Shown here piece after piece: positions 12,272 through 25,857 of a stretch of 64,000 nucleotides of DNA. Position numbers and translations under genes: made by a program. This DNA is from Cercozoa sp. M6MM (Eukaryota > Protista > Endomyxa: Ascetosporea), in NCBI GenBank assembly GCA_040357565.1, contig JBDODJ010000002.1, one strand, 5' to 3'. Each line of letters begins with the position of its first letter. Positions within the stretch are counted from its first letter, which is position 1. The notes under the pieces were generated by a model, which was not told the origin of the DNA, did not search any database, and saw nothing but the letters and a program-made list of their open reading frames with translations.

Positions 12272-12857
12272 ATGGGTAATTTGTGTTGTTGTTTTTCTGG
12301 GTCACGCGCGCATTATTTCGCGCAGAGACGCTGGGCGAGGAAGACCTCCAGTTTGAACTAGATCAACTGCGCGGACTTGCAACAACACATATTCGATTGC
12401 TACGTGCGAGAGAAGAGGATAAACCAACTCAGCAGCGCGTGTTCGACTCGCAGCTTCGTTCATACTTGCGGTGGTCGTTGTGAGTTGGGTCAATAGCTTT
12501 CAAAGTTCTGGTCTGGCAGTGTGCTTTGAAATGTTCTAGTCTGGCAGTGTAACGAATGGACACCCTTTGCGAGCTGCGCTTGGTGCCACAGCCAAACTGA
12601 TTCGGGGTGCGACGCCACGCGAGGTGAGTTGTTGCTCCGAGTCGCGTTGTGATGTTGCTCTTGTGATGTTGATATTGTGATGTTGATATTGTGATGTTGC
12701 TATTGTGATGTTGATATTGTGATGTTGATGTTTTGGATGCGCTTGGATTCGGTAGGCTCGCGGCGCGCTGCACAACATGCTGAGACAATGCAGTGAGGAC
12801 ATTCTCACGGCACTGCCGTTTGTGCAGCGACGTCGCGTCGTTGTTGGTCCGCTGGCT

Positions 12858-12896
<39 letters not shown>

Positions 12897-13940
12897 ATGA
12901 TATTAACTCTGGAGAGGGTTCGTTGCTTGCTCAGGCATGGTGCTGCACGTCGCTGTGCGCACGCTGGGCAAGGCTCTCATTCTGGCCCATTTGGGCAAAC
13001 AACACCAGCAAGAAGTGCACAGGGTACGCTATACTAGCCTTCTTGTATCGCATGACTCAAGTTAGGCGTGACCTTGCTTCACAGGGCATACGCTCGGACG
13101 AAGAAATGCAAGAGGTCGTGTCACTCAGTCACTCACTTCAGGCACTGGCGAATCCGCGCGGACAGTTATGGGCAGCACTCGACTCAGCAGTTGCGTGTGT
13201 CAGGCATGCCACAGTGCTGGTGCTTTACACTCATGTTAACGAGAGGCCAAAGAGAGAGGTGTGCATTTGAAGCGTGTGTGTTTGTGTTTAGTGCAAAAGC
13301 GAGACAACGCCGACGTCGCGATCACGTGCTTCCTCGTTCGACGAGTCGTACGAGTCATACTTGTAGCCTGACATCTATCAAAGTCTCCGCTTGTGCTGAG
13401 GTGCTATTTTCGCACGTGTCATGTCCAGAGACACGCACAGTTTCCGCTCGGCCTTGCTGCGCGAACACGCGCTCGACGAAAGCTCCGTTTCTGTGCGAGA
13501 ACAGCACTCACTCACCACTACGCTCGTCGAAGGTACCTATGTGTATGTTCACTGCATTGACTAGGGAAGCTCCCTCTCTGAGTTACAGTAATGAAACGCA
13601 TGTCTCCTTATTGGAGTCCACGCGCACACGCCGTGGTGTCGCTGTTGGAGCATCTAGCGCCGCTACACTTGCTGTGTGCATCGTTGCCTTCAAAAAATGA
13701 AAGTCAAGACACGCAGTTGGAACACGTAACTACGCCTTACTTGCCTTGCTTTGATGAAAACATTTGCAGCTTTTCGGCATGGATGTTGATGCAACTCAGG
13801 CGTTGCTGCTGGTGTGCGACGGCAACACGATGGACACGAAGGATATCGGTCCCCTATACGCCGACGAGCGACTCGCGGCTGTCGCGCTCTTGGCCGAGGC
13901 GCTGTCGCGTTTGTCAGGTGCGTCGGATCACGGTGACTAG
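12272..13940 (+). CDS. Hypothetical protein
   Basis: ATG-G|intron|ETLGEEDLQFELDQL..., multiple exons separated by GT-AG introns, last exon ends ASDHGD*. No family recognised. Confidence 0.45.
12646..12731 (+). repeat. Intronic 14-bp tandem repeat (TTGTGATGTTGATA)n
   Basis: About six copies with minor variants. Confidence 0.85.
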
Positions 13941-14099
13941 CGAGGCGTGGGTCGTGTTTCCCAGGCGAGTTTAGGATTGGTTATATAACTACGTCACCTA
14001 CGCCGTCGGTCGACCGGACTGACGTGACACGCAACTGAAGACGACGCGTACGGACAACGTGACGTGAGTGGAGACAGGACGGACGAACTGACGACGGGG

Positions 14100-15618
14100 T
14101 TAAAGGCGCTGGCGCACCCAGTCGACGACGAGATCACGCGCGTGATCGCGCGTCGAGGGTTCCAAGAACAAGCAGTGCGGACCCTGTTCCACGAGGTGCA
14201 TGGTTTTGTCCTCTGCACGACTTCTTTCGTAGAGTTGCTGGCTCTGCTTGGGACATGTGACGTGATCCTCGCTGCCATGCAGCACGAGGAACGGTGTATC
14301 GAGCGTGTGCAACTCCGACTCGATACGCAGCGATGCGTCCAGACTAAACATGGGTAGATGCATCACAAAACACAAAGAGCAACAGCAGAAGGCACAGTTC
14401 ACGCGCCATACGCAGTCGCACTTTGCCCGGTGAGAAGAACGGCCCGTTTCGAATACGCAGGCGAATATCCTGGTCCCAGCACAGTCCACACAGCAGCGAG
14501 GGACGTGCCACCATGCGCCATTTCGGCACCAGCGTCGTCAGCGCCTTTAGCGTCCACACCACCGGGGCGGGCTGGATAGCAACAGGGGGGAAGGAGTAAA
14601 GGCAATACAAGAGTGTTATGAGACAGTGTACCGGCACGTCAACAATGCCTAGCATTGGAGCCGCCAGAATCGTACCACGGTGGCCTAGACGTAACTGGGG
14701 GAGGGGGTGATAAGGGATGGGGAGGGGTACGAGTTGAGTTAAGACAATAAGAAAGAGTACAAGAGTGTCAGCGTGCTTTGTGGCCAGATCGAAGGCTACG
14801 GCACCGCCCATGCTTTCGCCGAGCACAAACAGCGGCACCTGAAAGGTAGAGGGGGGGGGGGGGGGTAACGGGACACGGATTAAAGGGCTAAGGGAAAGAC
14901 CAGTACCTCGGGGTGCAGATCGCGCGCGAATTCAACAAAGCGCGCCACGTCGTCGACGATTCCGCTGAAGCCACGAGGCAGATCGAGCCACAAACCGTCA
15001 CTCAAGCCATGGCCGGACGGTTCCACCACGCAGCTGTTCAGTCACACAGATTAACGCCAGGCAAAAGGGACGAACGAAAGTGACACAAAAACGAAACATA
15101 CACTGCCGCGTTTAACTCGGTCGCCCAGCGATGGAATTCGAACTGCGTCGTCCATCTAGAGAGGCAGAAGAGGTAACAATGAAGGCAGGAAAAGTCAGGG
15201 ACAACTGAAGCGTTGTACGTTGTACCTTGCACTGTCGTTGAGACCCAGGACACGCACGAGCATGACTTGCACCTCGGTGTTCTTTGGACGCCACACGCGA
15301 TACGCAAGCTGCCTCCCTAACGTAAAGGAGTAAGGGCACAAAGGATAAACAGGGCAAATTGATAAGGACAAACTACCAACCTCGACCTCAAAGAAATCTT
15401 CGACCATTTCTAGGTGTTCTGGAGTGCGCAGGTACTCTGGCAGTTCAAACTTTAACGCGCGGCGCTGCTCCGGCGTCTCACGCTACAACCAAATTCTGGT
15501 CATAATAGTTCGGGAGTGAGAAGCACAATCTTACTTGGATCGCATCAAACACGCCGCTGTCGAAAACCGGATCTTGAGAGGCTTCCAGGATCTCCTGTTT
15601 TTTCGCAGATTCAGACAT
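14100..15618 (-). CDS. Alpha/beta hydrolase, monoglyceride lipase / Hydrolase_4 type
   Basis: LAYRVWRP, GHGLSDG, nucleophile elbow GESMGG, ILAAPM, PFLVLHGSEDHVT, catalytic His in GPHCLFLE, ending DWVRQRL*. Confidence 0.9.
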
Positions 15619-15803
15619 GAGACACTATAGTCAAGCCAATGTAGTAACCGGGAGTTCGCAAAAACGCAAGCTGACGGCATGAGTCAATATTCCGACTTTG
15701 GGCTCAGAAATTTCTGTCTCAAGAATCGGTATTACATACACTCTTGGTCTGTGTTGACGCGTGTGTGAACAACGTTAGTGTCTACCAACTGATCTAAACG
15801 CAT

Positions 15804-16562
15804 ATGGGATACGGAGACACAGTGAGTTTTCCATTCAGTCTCGAGGGCAGTGAGAATCGCGTTGTCTGTGCTTAGGTGTCGGGTCGCTTGCGACTAAAGG
15901 GCGGTCTGCCGAACAACCTGCGTGCACAGAAAAAGAAGAAGCGCAAGCTGGAAAAGCAGCGGCGGAAGGAAGCCAAGGAAACGCTCGCGAAGCAAGCACT
16001 GGACGCCAAGAAGGCCGTATCGTTTCTCCAACGATTCTCCAGTGTCTCGCGGTGAAATGTGTACTCCCCTATTTTTGCAACAGCTCGACTCATCAAAGCG
16101 CGAGCAAGAAGACGAGGCCAGTGCGGCACTGTCATCCCGTTTCCATCAGTCCGGCAAGCGGCACGAAGTGGATAAGGAACAACTCGAAAAGGAGGTAGAG
16201 CTTTGACGTCTCCTACGCAGTTTTCCATTCTTAAACAAGACAAAGTTTTCGCTTTTGTTTTAAAATGTGTTGATTTGCAGATGGAGAAACGCCGTCAACT
16301 GGAAGAAGAAACTCGTGCTGCTCGTGCTGCTGCCGAGCTGGCCGCCATTGAGGCCAACATCGACGTCGACGAGCATGCCGGTCTGACGGCAACCGAGAAG
16401 CAGCTGCTGCGCGTGCAGGCGCGCAACCGACAGCGCCAGATGAAAAAGCACGGCAGTCAGGCGCCTACCTACGAGCAGCGCATCGAAGGCTACAAAACCA
16501 TGCTCGCCAACCTCAGCGACCACCACGACATGCCCAAGATCGCCTCGGCCGGTCTCGGTTAA
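15804..16562 (+). CDS. FAM32A: FAM32A / DUF1754 spliceosomal exon-ligation factor
   Basis: MGYGDTVSGRLRLKGG...KKKKRK at the N-terminus and LTATEK...TYEQRIEGYKTMLANLSDHHDMPKI at the C-terminus match FAM32A motifs. Confidence 0.85.
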
Positions 16563-17229
16563 CCCGCATCGAGCGGACGAAAGGTGCGACTCAAACCTTC
16601 GTGTCGTCTCGCCCGTCGCTGTTTTCGCATCGTATCGCCTGTGCCGTGCACGTGCCTGCTACCGACCGAGCGGACTATGGGTTTAGTGCCGTGAGTTTAA
16701 TTCGATTCGACTAATATTTTGTGGCCGGAACCGAGCATGAACTGAAAATTACTTATGAGCCAAAAACCGCAAGCGAATCTGACGTGAATAAAGCCACGCA
16801 GCGTCATTCCGTACGGTACGAGCAGTGTCGGAGCAAGGCCACAACCCCAACGACCACACCTCAGGGGAGGGCGGTGGGACGAATTGATCAAAATATAGAC
16901 ACAAACGAAAGGACAGCTGTCCCGCGTGCAACAGGTTTCTGTCTTTCCAGAGATCCTTCCTTTGCTTACTTCATGCCAACTCATTCTCCACCTGACCGGT
17001 GACATTCCGTTCCCGTCCACCAGCGCTTTGCCGCCCAACTGAACTGTTGGGGGGAACTTAACTAACCAAGCTGGCCGCAGGTTTAGAGCGGAGAGTTGGA
17101 TGGCCCACCCTAAGCGGGCGGTGGACTATGCCGGTTTCTCCGTATACTGAACTAACCAGTAGCGCCGGAGCACTATAAATTTATCTGTTTCTGATCAGAA
17201 GCCGGTAGCCACGTTGCACAGCACGGCAG

Positions 17230-20089
17230 CTACTTGCCGAACGAGAAACTGAAGCCGCCACCCGCAGGCTTTTGCTGCTGCTGCGTGCTGCCAGTGCCGG
17301 TTGCAGCAGTGCTGCCGAACGAGAAACCGCCTGTTTTAACCACAAGTTAGAAAAGTCAAGCATAAAAAGGTAGAAGGGGAGAGGGAGCACCAGTCGTGCC
17401 GCCAGTGGTTCCAGTGGCACCAGTGGTCGCCCCGGTCGATGTGCCGCCGAACGAGAAACCTCCTGCAAAACACAAGCATTTCTGGAACCAAGCCGAAATA
17501 AAAAACAACAACACACCTGTGGTGCCAGTTCCCGTGGTGCCAGCCGTGCCAGTTGTTCCGGTGGTGCCAGTCGTTCCAGTCGCGGCAGTGGTGGTGGCTC
17601 CAGTCGCACCAAAGGAGAAGCCGCCTGTCGCACCTGCAAAAAGAAGAAGAAAATTCAATCCCAACGTCAGTGCAGAAGCGTGGTACCAGAGGTGCCCGTA
17701 GCACCAGTAGCGCCAGAACTGGTTCCGCCGAAGGAGAAGCCGCCTGAGGTAGCCGTACCAGCGGCAGGCTTACTGGCGCCAGTTGCGCCGAATGAGAAGC
17801 CACCTGGATATCTCTGAAAACTAATCACCGGAAACAACACAAGAGTCGATACCAGTGGTGCCACTTGCGGCAGCTTGCGCAGGCTGTGTGGTCTCAGCAG
17901 GTTTCGCACTCTCGTCCTTCTTCTCTTCATTCGAGTCTTCCTTCTCCTCGCTACATTCAATCATATCACTAAACAGACGCACAGACGTCCAAACACAAAG
18001 CTCGAAAGGACAATACGCGGGCGGTGCGGCGAACTCTGGAACAGCACCACGACGCGACTTGCGTGCCTACGAGAGTCGTCCCACATGACGTCCCATATTC
18101 GATGGTTTGGAGACAGTGGTTACTACCTCCTCAGCAGCAGCGAAGGGATCGCTGTCGTCGGAGTACATTCTCTTCATGAACGTGCCTACTCGCAAAGCGT
18201 AACCTTCCAATGACCTCAGGCGCTATACGTAACTTACGGTAGGAGTCGCGCGTCTTCTCAGACCTTTCGTCCAAGTTAGCGACCTACACACGTCCTGATG
18301 TACAGGCGCTATGTATAGGTACATGTTCATATACCTTCGCAGCCGAGGAAAGCAAGTGTGCGTGCTGTTGCTGCAGCGTCTGTTGCAACAATGCCTCGCC
18401 GCTGCTGCCGTCAACTCCGTTGGTCTAAAAATAATGTTTCTTACAAAATAGCCGGTAAGAACGAGGAAGGCACCAGAAGTTGCTGGTGCCGGAAGAAGGC
18501 CTCGAGTTCGTCCATCAGTCGCAGAACTTGCTGCAGCTGTGAGTGCCACGAGTTTTCCTTGTTCATGAAGAAGTCGCTGAGTGCACCTGTGAAAACAGTG
18601 CATTTATCTCATGCACCATTCCACTTCTTCTATAAACTAGGCACCAGATTCACGCGGTGCCGTGTCGGCCCATCGCAATGTGTTCAGTTTGCCTGTGCCA
18701 AATATACATATAGATGTTATATGATAAAGCACAAAAAGCAATGCACCCTTGCCAGACTGCAGGAGCGACAAGCGACTTCTCAAATGTTGCACTTCCTGCA
18801 ATCGGCCAAGCATACAACAGTACAAACCCGCAGAAGCAAAAACGCACGCTTTGTGCCTGCTCAGTTCGTCGCGTTTCTGCGCGCGTTGCCGACTGCAGTC
18901 GCGACACCTCTGCACCGAGACATGCATCATTCTGAGGATCGAAACTTAAGCGAGTCAAAGTACCACTCGAAATTCGACGCGTGGCATTCGTGAGTGAAGC
19001 GATCGCCTACAAAAAAAACTCCTCATGCATGGTAGTTATTAATCTGCGTGTGTACTTGTTGATGTCGCTGTGCGCGCTGAGTAAAGTCATCGGCTGGTGC
19101 TTCGTTCAGGAGATCCTGGCACTCAGCGCAGCGACGCCACTAAACAAAATGAAGAATTAGAGCAACGCACGTTCAGCACTCAGACAAAACGCTATACCTG
19201 AGTCTTCATGAACGCGTGGGTTTGCAAGAACTGATCAAGACAGGCGTATTTTTAAAGTTTCACATCACACAAAAGATGAAGGATGGTACTTGACTTTGCA
19301 GGTGCTGCGGCAACTGAAGCACTTTAGTTCCTGGTGGAATTACCGGGAGCGACACTTGTGCCTGCGTGCACAACTTGGTCGTATTAAAAGGTTCACAACA
19401 GCAAAAGGCAAGAGACCACTTGTGTTGGAGCTGCTGTCTTCTGCTGCTGCGACTGACCAAACGAACCAAACCCAAAACCACCCTTGTTCGCCGTGCCTGT
19501 GGTCGCGCCGGTGCCGAAGCCAAAACCTGCGAATCAAGCGAAAAGCTCGAAGAACGTACGAGCGAACGGGAAAGCAGCGTACCAGTAGTGCCAGTGCTCG
19601 TTGACGTAGCACCACCGAAACTAAAGCCTGTGCTCGGCTTGTTCGAATTTGCCGTGCCGGTACTGACTGCGCCAAAATTGAAGCCAGTGCCTGTGGTCGT
19701 TCCAGCGGTCGTCGCACCCGTGCCAGTGCCCGTGCCGCCAAAACTGAAGCCCCCCGTTCCTGTAGTCGTTCCAGTTGTCGCGCCCGTGCCCGTGCTAGTG
19801 CTGCCAAAACTGAAGCCTGCACAACAGTTCCAGCAATTCTCAGTTTGAGCACATATATGCAAAAAAACAAGCGAAGCGCTACCAGAAGTGGCATTCGTAG
19901 CGCCAGTGCCAGTGCCTGTAGTCGTTGATCCAAACGAGAAGCCTGCACAAACAACAAAATCGATAAAACCCTAAACATATTGACAATGCAAAACAAAAAC
20001 TCGGCACCGCCTGTCTTAGCACCGCCCGTGCCGCTGGTTTGCGTGCCGCCCGAGCCACTCGTTCCGCCGAAATTGAAACTGAAGCCCAT
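17230..20089 (-). CDS. FG-repeat nucleoporin with FG domains at both ends of a central helical region (Nup58/Nup49-like)
   Basis: GFSFG repeats with Thr/Gly spacers at the N-terminus (20089-19480) and C-terminus (17800-17230, ends FSFSFGK*), with coiled-coil-like exons between. Confidence 0.75.
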
Positions 20090-20495
20090 CAGCGCTGGCG
20101 ACTAAATAATAGAAAATTTAGTGCCCACACGACGTCAAGCCACAGAGCCAACCGCAATCAGCGGACTTTAAAAATATCGGCACACTCGTGGATGCACCTG
20201 CTGTGCCCAGCACGCTGTCAATTCCGAGGCGAGCGCTGGCGTTTTTTTTTCATCACCGCTTTTGTTTTTTCGTTTTTGTTCTATTGGATTGAAGTATAGG
20301 ACAAACCTAGACAGCAAGGGAATTGGAGTTTACGAGCTGCTTTGAATTTGTTGCGGTGGTTGAATTCGGCACACGTAAGAGACTGCCTGATCGGCAGGCA
20401 ACTGAAACCTGGGATGAATTCGGAGAAATGCAGAAAAATCCGCTTCGCTCATGCTGGCTCGGTGAAGTGTCACAGCGCCACTTTTAAGTAAAGAA

Positions 20496-23400
20496 ATGTG
20501 TGGCGTCATGTTGCTGAGGCAAGCGCTGCGAGGCTTTGCCGTCCTTTTGCTGTATACGTTCGTGTAAGCTGTTGTAGTTTTTGTGTTCGTCTTTGAGATT
20601 TAAATGTTTAAGTTCGTAGTGGTCTGGCGGTGTCGCTTCTTTTCCTGTGGCGACCTCCTGCGCTTCCTGCAGTGTCATTCGGGCAACAGCAACAAACGGA
20701 ACAGCCCGTTGTTCGCAAGCTTCCTCTGCCATCAGAGGTACTACAAAAGTCAGACTGGACTTTGTTGATTGCTGGAGGAAAACACAGGGTACCCTTACCG
20801 ATGGATTATCAGCAATGTAAAGTACAAGTACTCGATCTGAAACTCTGGCCTCGTTCGAGTCCGTCACCATATGGTAACCTAAATGGTTTTCGTTGGTCCT
20901 TACAATTGATCCTCACAGTTGGTCCCACTAATACCCAATTGTACAGGAGTCATCGCAGAGGCAACACACGTCGATTGGACACTGTCGAATGCCTCCAACT
21001 ACCCTCTGGTACGTCAACGTTCGAGGTACTTGAAAACTTCACCGGTTTTGTTTGTGACAGAAACTCCCAATTGATTTTGGTGACAAGACGCAACTGCGGG
21101 CGCTTGCTGCTCGCGAAGTTTTGGGTACACTTGAGCTCTGTAGCACTTCAATAAGACGTACACTATTCGTGTATTGTAGGACTTGTACCTCCGACAAGCA
21201 CACGTGGCCAGCAGGTACCTTATCCTCTTTTGTTTTTGTTTCATGAAATGAATGCGTGTCTACAGTGGTGGCACCCGCGACTTCCAACACTGAGTGCGAC
21301 GCGATACGCCCAAAGACTGTGGCTGCAAGGTCGACTCGTGCCCGTCAGTGTCCTTGTTGAGCGTACTTTCCCAATTAATCATATTCAGCCACAATCTGTG
21401 TTGATGAACACAGTGGACGCGGACGCGATGCAGAAATTTCGCGAGCCAACGCCGGATTTTTCTTTTTTTCGCGGTTGTCAATTGACAGTGCGCGGACGTC
21501 CCATTGGGTTTCTTCCGTTTTTTGTCGGTTTCATGGAGGTTAAAGGATGAAAACTGGCGTGCTGTCAGTGAGGCGGTGTCATGGACAGCGTTCAATTCTC
21601 GCAACTCGGGCTGGAAACTCGGTCGTGCCTTTCGTGTGCAAGTAAGGCTTCTTTCAGTCTTGATTTTTCTGTGCATTTTTCTGATATAACATTAGGCTCA
21701 AGTGATGTGTGTCTTCGAAAAAACTGCATGGAACAACTTTGTCACTGCCAGTCGGCAAGATGAACGTGGAACAGGTGTCCGCAGTTTGTCTCCTCTAACA
21801 ATGGTCTCAGTACCGCTCTCCTGTTTTTACGCACTTAGCTGGCTACACGTTGACGATACAACACGGCAATAAAAGCGAATTTCATCACTACGAACCCGTA
21901 CGTGCTGCCTCATTGTGATGTTTGGTGGACGGCTGGAAAAATTGCGCTCTTAGGTTTTGGACATTCCGGTGCGGAACATCATAAATCCTCTTGGTAGTCA
22001 GCAAGCTGTTTTGCATTGTGCTGTTCCATCCAAATGTAATTGTAGAAAACGAAGTCGTTGATCTTGGGTTGGACTGTCGTGAGAACTGCATCGTCGCTCT
22101 GTCACCCAAAGTGTATGCTGCCCACCCTGGTTTAACCGTGCTTTGACTTTCGATTTTTGACTAAAAAAGAAACATCTCGTGTAGGTATGGCGAAAGAGTA
22201 CCGCAAGAGGTTGCGCACTGGCTCAAATCTGTGCTCTCTGTGAGCAAACTCGATGGCGCCATTCTGGGAGTGATCACTTCGCACCTGGTTTGTTTGAACT
22301 TCCGTCTTTTCAATTCTTCAATGTAAGTTTGAGTTGTTTTGCAGTCGATTGAGTACGTACGGAATCAGCTGTGCGACCATGTGAGTTGAACGCACTTTCT
22401 TCAGTTGATTATTTTCCATTGGTATCTTTATCCCACCCCCAGCTGGGCCAAGATTGCTGCAAAATACTCGCGAAAACGCGATTCCTGCCGGTACACACAC
22501 CAGCCATTGGCGGCGCTGTCTACGGCTTTGGTGATCCGTTCATTGGTTCGCACTTGCTGCCTGCACTCGCACGTGCCGCACGAACTGTTGTTTTTGGCGA
22601 CTGGTGAGTTCATCTGCAGCTTTCTCGATGTGGTTCTTGTACCACGTTTGGTCGGAAAACAGGGACGAATTGCTCGAAATCCCCCGCGAGAATGGACTCA
22701 CTTTTACGAAAAAGTCGAAGCACGTCCCACGCGCACTCATCACTGCAACGTCGCAGGTTGGTTTTTTGTTTTGTATACACCGACGCCGTTGTTGTCTTTA
22801 GTTTCTCGTATTGTAAGTTTACAGAGCGAGATTGAAAAGTGTTCGCTGGCTTTGGTCGATCCTGCCTCTGTTGGTACCCTAAAATCTAATTCAAGTTGAG
22901 ATGTCGATCTCACTCGATTCCTTCAGTGCGGATCGTGCTCGACTCGAGTTTGCGTCGTGGATTTATCTTGTACTTTTCTACTTCAACACACGCCCAAATA
23001 AGTGTACTTCTGAGACGCTTTCGGTAGAAAATGGCTCGCGCAATTCGGTTGCGTCACGTACTCGCGAGGCAAAATGGTACACACTCTCATGTACAATAAA
23101 AGGGTATTTCGTTTACCAGTAACTTTTATTTTGTTGTCTTAGTCGTGGAAACCTGAGGAGATGATAATGTTCCACAACCACGCGGACGACGTCTATCGCG
23201 AAGCCTGGCGACGCAGAGGTGTTGACGCTGTGCGACGCCTTGATGACAACGAAACCTCTTTGGTAATCGAATTTAGTGTTCAATGCACATGGACACAGCC
23301 TTCGTTCAATAGATCAAAGCGACACGAGAGGCAGCAAAGCACAATGCGCGGCACAACCTGCTGCCTGCAAGTTGGCTGGAACTGCATATGCGACTTAAAA

Positions 23401-24304
23401 CACTCAGTAGTGGCTCGACAGACCAGGCGCGAGCCAGGTACGTTTCTCTATTTGTTTCTTGCCTTCCAGAATACGCATTTTGTCATCACAGTGCATACAC
23501 GAGATTAAGAGAATGGTACACCAAGCCCGAGGTAAGCTATCTTAAACTCTGTGCTTTCCTGGTACACCGTCTCTGTGTACATGCAGAACGCCTGGAAGGA
23601 CAACCCGGGCGGCGAAACCCGTCGTGCCGTCGACCTCCTTCTGAAGCGACCGGATTTTGTACCCAACCATGTGTCCTCTCTAGGTTCCTGCAGATTAGTA
23701 TGTGTGTGCCGCAGGAGCCCATGATGTGGCACGCACGTGTCGTCAAGGATTCTGGCGTAGGTGGAGCCACGCTGCGCGGCGAGCGCGTCGGTGTCTGGCA
23801 ACGCATGCAGCGAGACGCATTAGTTGTTCCCCAAATTTCTGCTCTCCGTTCTATACGTCTACGGTATGCATGGGTTGTTGTGTTCGTACAGCAACGACAA
23901 GAGCAGAACGTGACCGAAGAAGTTGATATCGACGCGGTGGTGCCGTTCCCTGCGTCGCTTGTCGTCACTGGCAATCTTGAATGGTACCTTCCGGCTGTTA
24001 AAGTGTTCTTTGTGTACGTATGCGCCACCACTGTGCAGTGACCAAGAGACGGCATGTGCGTGTAGCTGCGTTGAATTTCTTCGTCTTGCTCAGCGAATTC
24101 ACTCGCTTAAAGAACACGTAAATTTTTTCTCAGATCACGGTTTTCTTTGGTAGACCCCACCCCCGGTGTCACACTGTAGAAAGAGGCCAATGACAAGGAT
24201 GATGATATTTTTGGCAAGCCGGTTTCCTAACTGTACACAGAGTTCTCGAATAGGAGCCTGAAGAAGGTACTTCGCTTGCATTACTCGACTCGCGAGAGCG
24301 GTGA
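20496..24304 (+). CDS. Type II membrane protein, probable GT-A glycosyltransferase (GT92/DUF23-like), ~20 introns
   Basis: N-terminal anchor GFAVLLLGLAVSLLFLW; CIVALSPKVYGERVPQEVAHWLKSVL resembles the GT92 entry motif; DxD-like VVFGDWDELL. The 3' end is approximate. Confidence 0.5.
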
Positions 24305-24641
24305 CTCGACTGCGTACGCTAGTTGGACGTGCATGGAGGCGACCGTGCGGTGCGGGGTACTGGTGTAAACAGTCGAGTCGGACACTACGTAATTTTACAG
24401 TCGTCGCGCGACTTTAATTTGCGTTGTGTTACTGTCAAATCTAAAAACCTACTCGGCTGACTACTCGACTTACTCCGCGTGGAAGCACATGTCGGTCATG
24501 CCAAATAAGGTCGAAAGCTGGTAACGTAACTGAGCAACTGTGTTTGGTAAGTTTAGATCGGTTTTTGTTCGTTTCAAGTAAATTACCGCTTCACACGGAC
24601 GTCACCCATGCCAGTTCAGGCGAGGCGTCGCCGCAGCTCTC

Positions 24642-25473
24642 TCAAAGTGGGATTCGATGAGGCCTTGGTGAAGTAACGTAAGGCGGGGGTACTGCAAAAG
24701 CTTGCTCAGTCAAGGCTTCACAGGGCACACGTCTGAATATTCCACACCTCACTTGGGGATCTAAGGGTCGCTTCCGCGCAGATACAGTATAAGAGCTGAT
24801 GTCGTAAACAACAACGAGTATCAACGCACTTCGCTTCTCATCAATGCTACTGCAACTCAAATTTACTTGTGATGGAAATCATGGGACGAAAAACGAAGTC
24901 TAAACATCGTGCACAGCAACGCCGCCGCGGCGATGAAGATTTCGTACTGTCAGTAAATTTAAAACTTACATTGCGATCATAAACTGTAGATTCACAGGTT
25001 TGTTTTTGGTACGTAGCGTAGGTGTATAAATTTAAATTAATCAGAATCCTTACCACGGACAAATCCGTGCTGTGCACGTGGACAAACAGGTCTGCAACGT
25101 TGCCTCTGTGTCGTCGAGCGAGGGACACACGAGCGCAAACACGAGCGGTCAGCGCCGAGGCCTTGAACTCTGCAATGGCAGCAGGCTCTTCCGGGCGACT
25201 TTGCACGGAAACAGTGCGTTTTTTGAGAGTACAGGCCATTGGTGTTTGCGTCAGTTTCGAGTTTGATGACGACACCATGGGCGTCGACGAAGCTATCGTT
25301 GGTGAAATCGTCGTCGGCTCATCTGTGCTTGCGGCAAGTTTGTCAAGTCCTTCTTCTTCCGCCAATTGCAACTCAACGCCTTTGAAAGAGGGCATTTTTT
25401 CGCTCAAATTGCAGTCCGAAACTTGGTCCCACGATTCTGACGACACCGAATTCTCTTCGACCAAGACGGACAT
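24642..25473 (-). CDS. Hypothetical Ser/Thr-rich protein
   Basis: Long first exon MSVLVEENSVSSESWDQVSD... followed by a GTAAGG donor. Downstream exons and the stop are uncertain. Confidence 0.4.
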
Positions 25474-25857
25474 GCTTTCGACGCTAGCTCAGTTCTGGTT
25501 TCAAATTATGCTCTGTAAATGCTAAATAGTGCTGTACCTAAAGAGCAAGCCAAAGCTGAGTCGCTTGGCAAGCTTCATGACCAACCACGAGTCACTTTCT
25601 CAAAACTGACCTCAAAAAGAAACTCAGCCTAAATTGTAAACTACATGCTCCAGTGGCTCGGTCAATTTGTCTTCTTTCGCGCGGAAGGCTGCGAACTAGT
25701 GAATTCTGACGCTAGGTTTAAGAGCAAAGTTCACTGAATGACATCCTTAGTACAAGCTTACGTCATCCGCAAAGGCAATGGCAGACTGCTGTCTTACCTG
25801 TCGCTTCGTGCAGGACAGACCAACGGGGGCGAAAAAAACTGCGCTGAAGCTGCTTTG

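Noticed and set aside
17040-17180. Possible telomerase RNA or snoRNA (CCCTAA, AACTAACCA twice)
   Set aside because: No 1.5-repeat template and no clear boxes; it lies in convergent 3' UTRs.
20484-20870. Minus-strand ORF with an integrase-like VTDS stretch
   Set aside because: It is antisense to well-formed exons of the GT92-like gene and has no other retroelement motifs.
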